A program made the translations under genes and the position numbers. Shown piece after piece: positions 33,783 through 37,079 of a stretch of 37,079 nucleotides of DNA (position 1 is its first letter; every line of letters begins with the position of its first letter). Source of the DNA: Tubiluchus corallicola (lineage: Eukaryota; Animalia; Priapulida); assembly GCA_030141605.1 (NCBI GenBank), contig JAQGDQ010000842.1:1-37079 (forward strand), given 5' to 3'. Below the pieces are notes generated by a model that was given only the letters and a program-made list of their open reading frames with translations, did not search any database and had not been told where the DNA came from.

Positions 33783-36700
33783 CAAGGACTACTATACAAG
33801 GACGTGCACGCTGAAATCTCTGATTCGGCTAGCGGAGGCGATCAATACTTGCATGAACGTAATCTATAAATAGTGCGCTTTAGGGAGTAGTGATCTTGGA
33901 AATTAAAGAATGGGCGGATCGGTAGATAGCGAGTATTATTTTTCATTTAATTGGTTCTTTACATTACGGGAGAAAAGTACCAATTGTTTATTTTATGTAT
34001 CAAAGGAAATTAGTGTTCATTTTTACTTCTTAAATAGCGCACTACTTTAGGCGTAAGTGTGTTTTACCGGAAGTAGTGCTTTGTTCATTGTAAATGTGTC
34101 ATTGTTCAAAGTCAAGTGAAGCGTTGTTTTCTTGCTTGTGTTTGTTTCTTTGTGGATTATTTTCAAAATTTCTCGTGGATTTTATACATCTGTACTCAGC
34201 AGAATGCCTAACAAGTGTGGTGTTGTGAAATGCAAAGGTAACTATGACACGGAGAACAAGTGTCGTGTGTTCAGACTGTCAAGAGATCATGTAGAAAAAC
34301 AGAAATGGCTAAGTGTTCTTCCCCCACGCGAAGGCTTTGTTGTTGATCCAACGAAATTGTTCATTTGCGAAAAGCATTGGCCATTGGATACTCAAATGGT
34401 CAAAATTCCAGGTGGTCACACCAAGCCAGTGGATCCACCCAGTATTTTCAACGTTCCAACATCATGCTTGCCCACTCCAAAGCCACCACGTCGCCCTCCA
34501 AAAACTGAGGACCAGCAGCTGAATTATTTCTTTAAAAAGGATAAAATAACTTCTCTCAATGAATTCACTCCTGAGAAAGACCTGCATAAGACGTATCAGA
34601 ACCTCATTATATCTCGCACACAAGACAATTTGTGTGCATGTTCATGGAAGAGGACCACCGTCAATGTTATATGTCAATTATTGTTCACAATAAGCCTACC
34701 TTGTGTTCCCCTCTTACTCTGTATGCTTTCAAAAACGGGATCAGTGTGCCATTAAGTAAAATCCTCAGTCCGAACAATGGGCTGTCCTCTTACTCACAAT
34801 TTTTCGCTGTTGTGAATTCTGTTGTCAACCACATTCATCATGTTGATGATATTGTCAACAAAGTGACAAAGTCTCTTGAACTTGAACTAGCTCAAAATCG
34901 AGAACAATCTCCTAGTGTTTATGCTAAAGCCAAGAAGCTCAAATTTCTAATACGACAGCTTCGACTATTATGTGATAAGACTTTCACAGTGTCTGATTAT
35001 TGCTTTGCAATAGAGTCATTTCCCCATTGCAATTACGAACAACTGCGTGACTTTTTAGTGTTACCCAGCAAAAGAAAGCTGCAGTCAGTTATTTCATCGA
35101 CAGATATTGACAAGGTGCTAGGTAAAACATTTCAGAAAGTGAAAAGTTCTGAGCAGAAACACTGTATGCTATTGGTGGATGAAGTGAAAATGTGCCCAAC
35201 AGTGGCTTTTTCAGGGGGTGTGCTTTTTGGCATGGCAAAAAATGAGCCAGACAGTAAAGCTACATCAATGCTATGTGTGATGGCTAAATGTCTACATTGT
35301 GGCCCCAGTGTGATGATATCAGTGACCCCCGTTCACAAGCTGACTGCTGCATATCAAGTCTCTGTCGTGAAGGAGGCTGCTACAGTGGTTGAGAATTCGG
35401 GAGGAACTGTTTTAGGGTCCATGACGGACAACCACAAGATCAACCAACAATACTGCAAATTGTTTACCAGACGAACAGACTGAGAGGCTGAACATCCCCT
35501 GGAAAATACACGAGTGTGGTTCCTGTTGTATGATACCGTCCACATTCTGAAATGTATCAGGAACAACTGGATCACGGAGAAATGTCAGAGATTATCATTT
35601 GACAAGAAAGCTGTTGGCTCATTTGCTGAAGTAAAAAGTCTTTACAAAGCTGAGAAAGACAATGTGCTGAAGTCAACACCTTTGACATATTCTGCAGTCT
35701 TTCCATCGAAACTTCAGCTCCAGAATGTGCAACATGTCCTGAGGGTGTTCAACGATCGTGTCGTTGCATCGCTGAGACTTCGAGGAGCCCAGGATACTGC
35801 AGAATTCATTCAGCAAGTGCTACGCTGGTGGAATGTGGTAAAAGTTTCTGCCAGAGGTCAAGACACGAGGATGAGAGACCCTGATTGATCTGTTCAACAA
35901 GATACATCTGATACTCTTCAGTCGTTGTTGACTCTGTTTAAGCAAACCGAATCAGGACACGGACCAAATAGAATTGGATGCCTGACACATGATACGCGAA
36001 AAGCTTTGATTCAGACCACGGAGGGACTCCTCGCAATCTGTAGGCACTTGTTTTCTGTTGGATTTCACTACGTATTATTGCGTGAACTTCAGAGTGACAG
36101 AATAGAGGGTGAGTTCTCAGTTTACAGGCAGTCAAGGGGGGCCAATGCATTCATGCAAGCTGGAGATGTCTGTTCAGCATTCAAGCGGAGACTGGCGCGT
36201 TTCTCTTCATCATTCCTGGAGTTTGTGGACACAGACACATCATCCGAAAGCCAGTTGCACACATGCAATGGGATTGATTTCGAGGATGCCAAAATTATGG
36301 AGATTTGTGTTGACGAGACTCTTTCCAAAACTGAACTGAACGCGTGTGCATATGTCGCAGGTTGGTTGGAGAGTAAGTACCAAAATGACATTTCTTTTCC
36401 CGAGGATGAGCCTCTCCTTTCTGAGGAAATGAAAATGTTCATTAAAGAAGTGTCTAGGGGAGGTCTTACAGTGCCCCACACATTCACGTTCGAATTCGTA
36501 ACAACTGGCTTGTGTTTTGTGAAGAAGTCAACTCACACAGTCTGCTGCCACAACAAGCTCATGAACATCCTCTCCATAATCAATGCCTACTTTGATTTTG
36601 GAGAATTTTCAAGAAATGCTCTGAGACTCCTGGCGAATGTACTGCTGCATGGACTACACAATTTGGAGAAGGATCACCAGCAGAACTCAGCCCTTTACCA

Positions 36701-37079
36701 GACCTCCATTAAGAAGGCGTGACTAGCTGACTAATTGTCGCAAACATCTCTGCAAAATGGTGAGTGCAATAATTTCATGTATTCTAATTTACACAGAGGA
36801 ACCTATGAATGAGTTTATATAGTCCTGACAAAATGGTGCAGTCTGTTTATTCTCTATAGAAAGTGACACGTAATCTTCGGGACACAATGAGTTGCAGATA
36901 TGGTGTGTTTTTTTTGGGGGGGGGATATCATAGGTACCACTGTTTTTAAATTACTAGATGAATGAGGAATATGTTCTATGTGTATTGTGACATGCTATAT
37001 GTCACCATGGGGGGTAAATATGTCCAAATTATTAGCACTAAATGTTAAAAATAGATTGCCTCCGCTAGCCGAATCAGAG
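33783..37079 (+). mobile_element. P-element superfamily (THAP9-like) DNA transposon; right end cut by the window
   Basis: CTCTGATTCGGCTAGCGGAGGC at 33818-33839 is the exact reverse complement of 37058-37079, and the match continues inward with two mismatches. The pair encloses a THAP + P-type transposase. The left terminus at CAAGG (33783) is inferred. Confidence 0.85.
34204..36734 (+). pseudogene. THAP-domain P-element transposase, disrupted
   Basis: MPNKCGVVKCKGNY...FRL...W...ICEKHW...PSIF (C2CH THAP), then LPSKRKL, LLVDEVK, MTDNHKIN, YDTVHILKCIRNNW and ELQSDRIEGEFSVYRQ (DDE residues, D-x2-H motif). One frameshift near 34630 and in-frame TGA at 35481, 35886 and possibly 36720. Confidence 0.88.

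Overview
AT-rich, repeat-dense, intron-containing animal DNA, probably a marine invertebrate (inferred from perlucin-type lectins and the transposon families; the taxon cannot be fixed from sequence alone). It contains a minus-strand tandem cluster of secreted three-exon C-type lectin genes: two complete (4320-6696, 8904-10226), one running off the left edge, one orphan first exon (30587-30691) and one truncated orphan last exon (22907-23079). All three visible intron-2 donors are GC. It also holds a disrupted terminal exon of an LZTS-family gene with an in-exon 42-bp repeat expansion, and an intronless class A GPCR whose start codon has been amplified into an 11x81-bp array. Mobile elements include a rearranged Ty3/Gypsy element with both LTRs, PBS and PPT (23777-30420), CR1- and RTE-type LINE remnants, a foldback-like palindrome, and a near full-length but disabled THAP/P-element transposon whose right terminal inverted repeat is cut by the window end. 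The most unusual recurring theme is minisatellites that have amplified functional gene parts: a start codon, a coiled-coil double heptad and a candidate exon with splice sites. Many long ORFs in the track are microsatellite artefacts. No clearly novel multi-gene system could be demonstrated; the candidates below are hypotheses.
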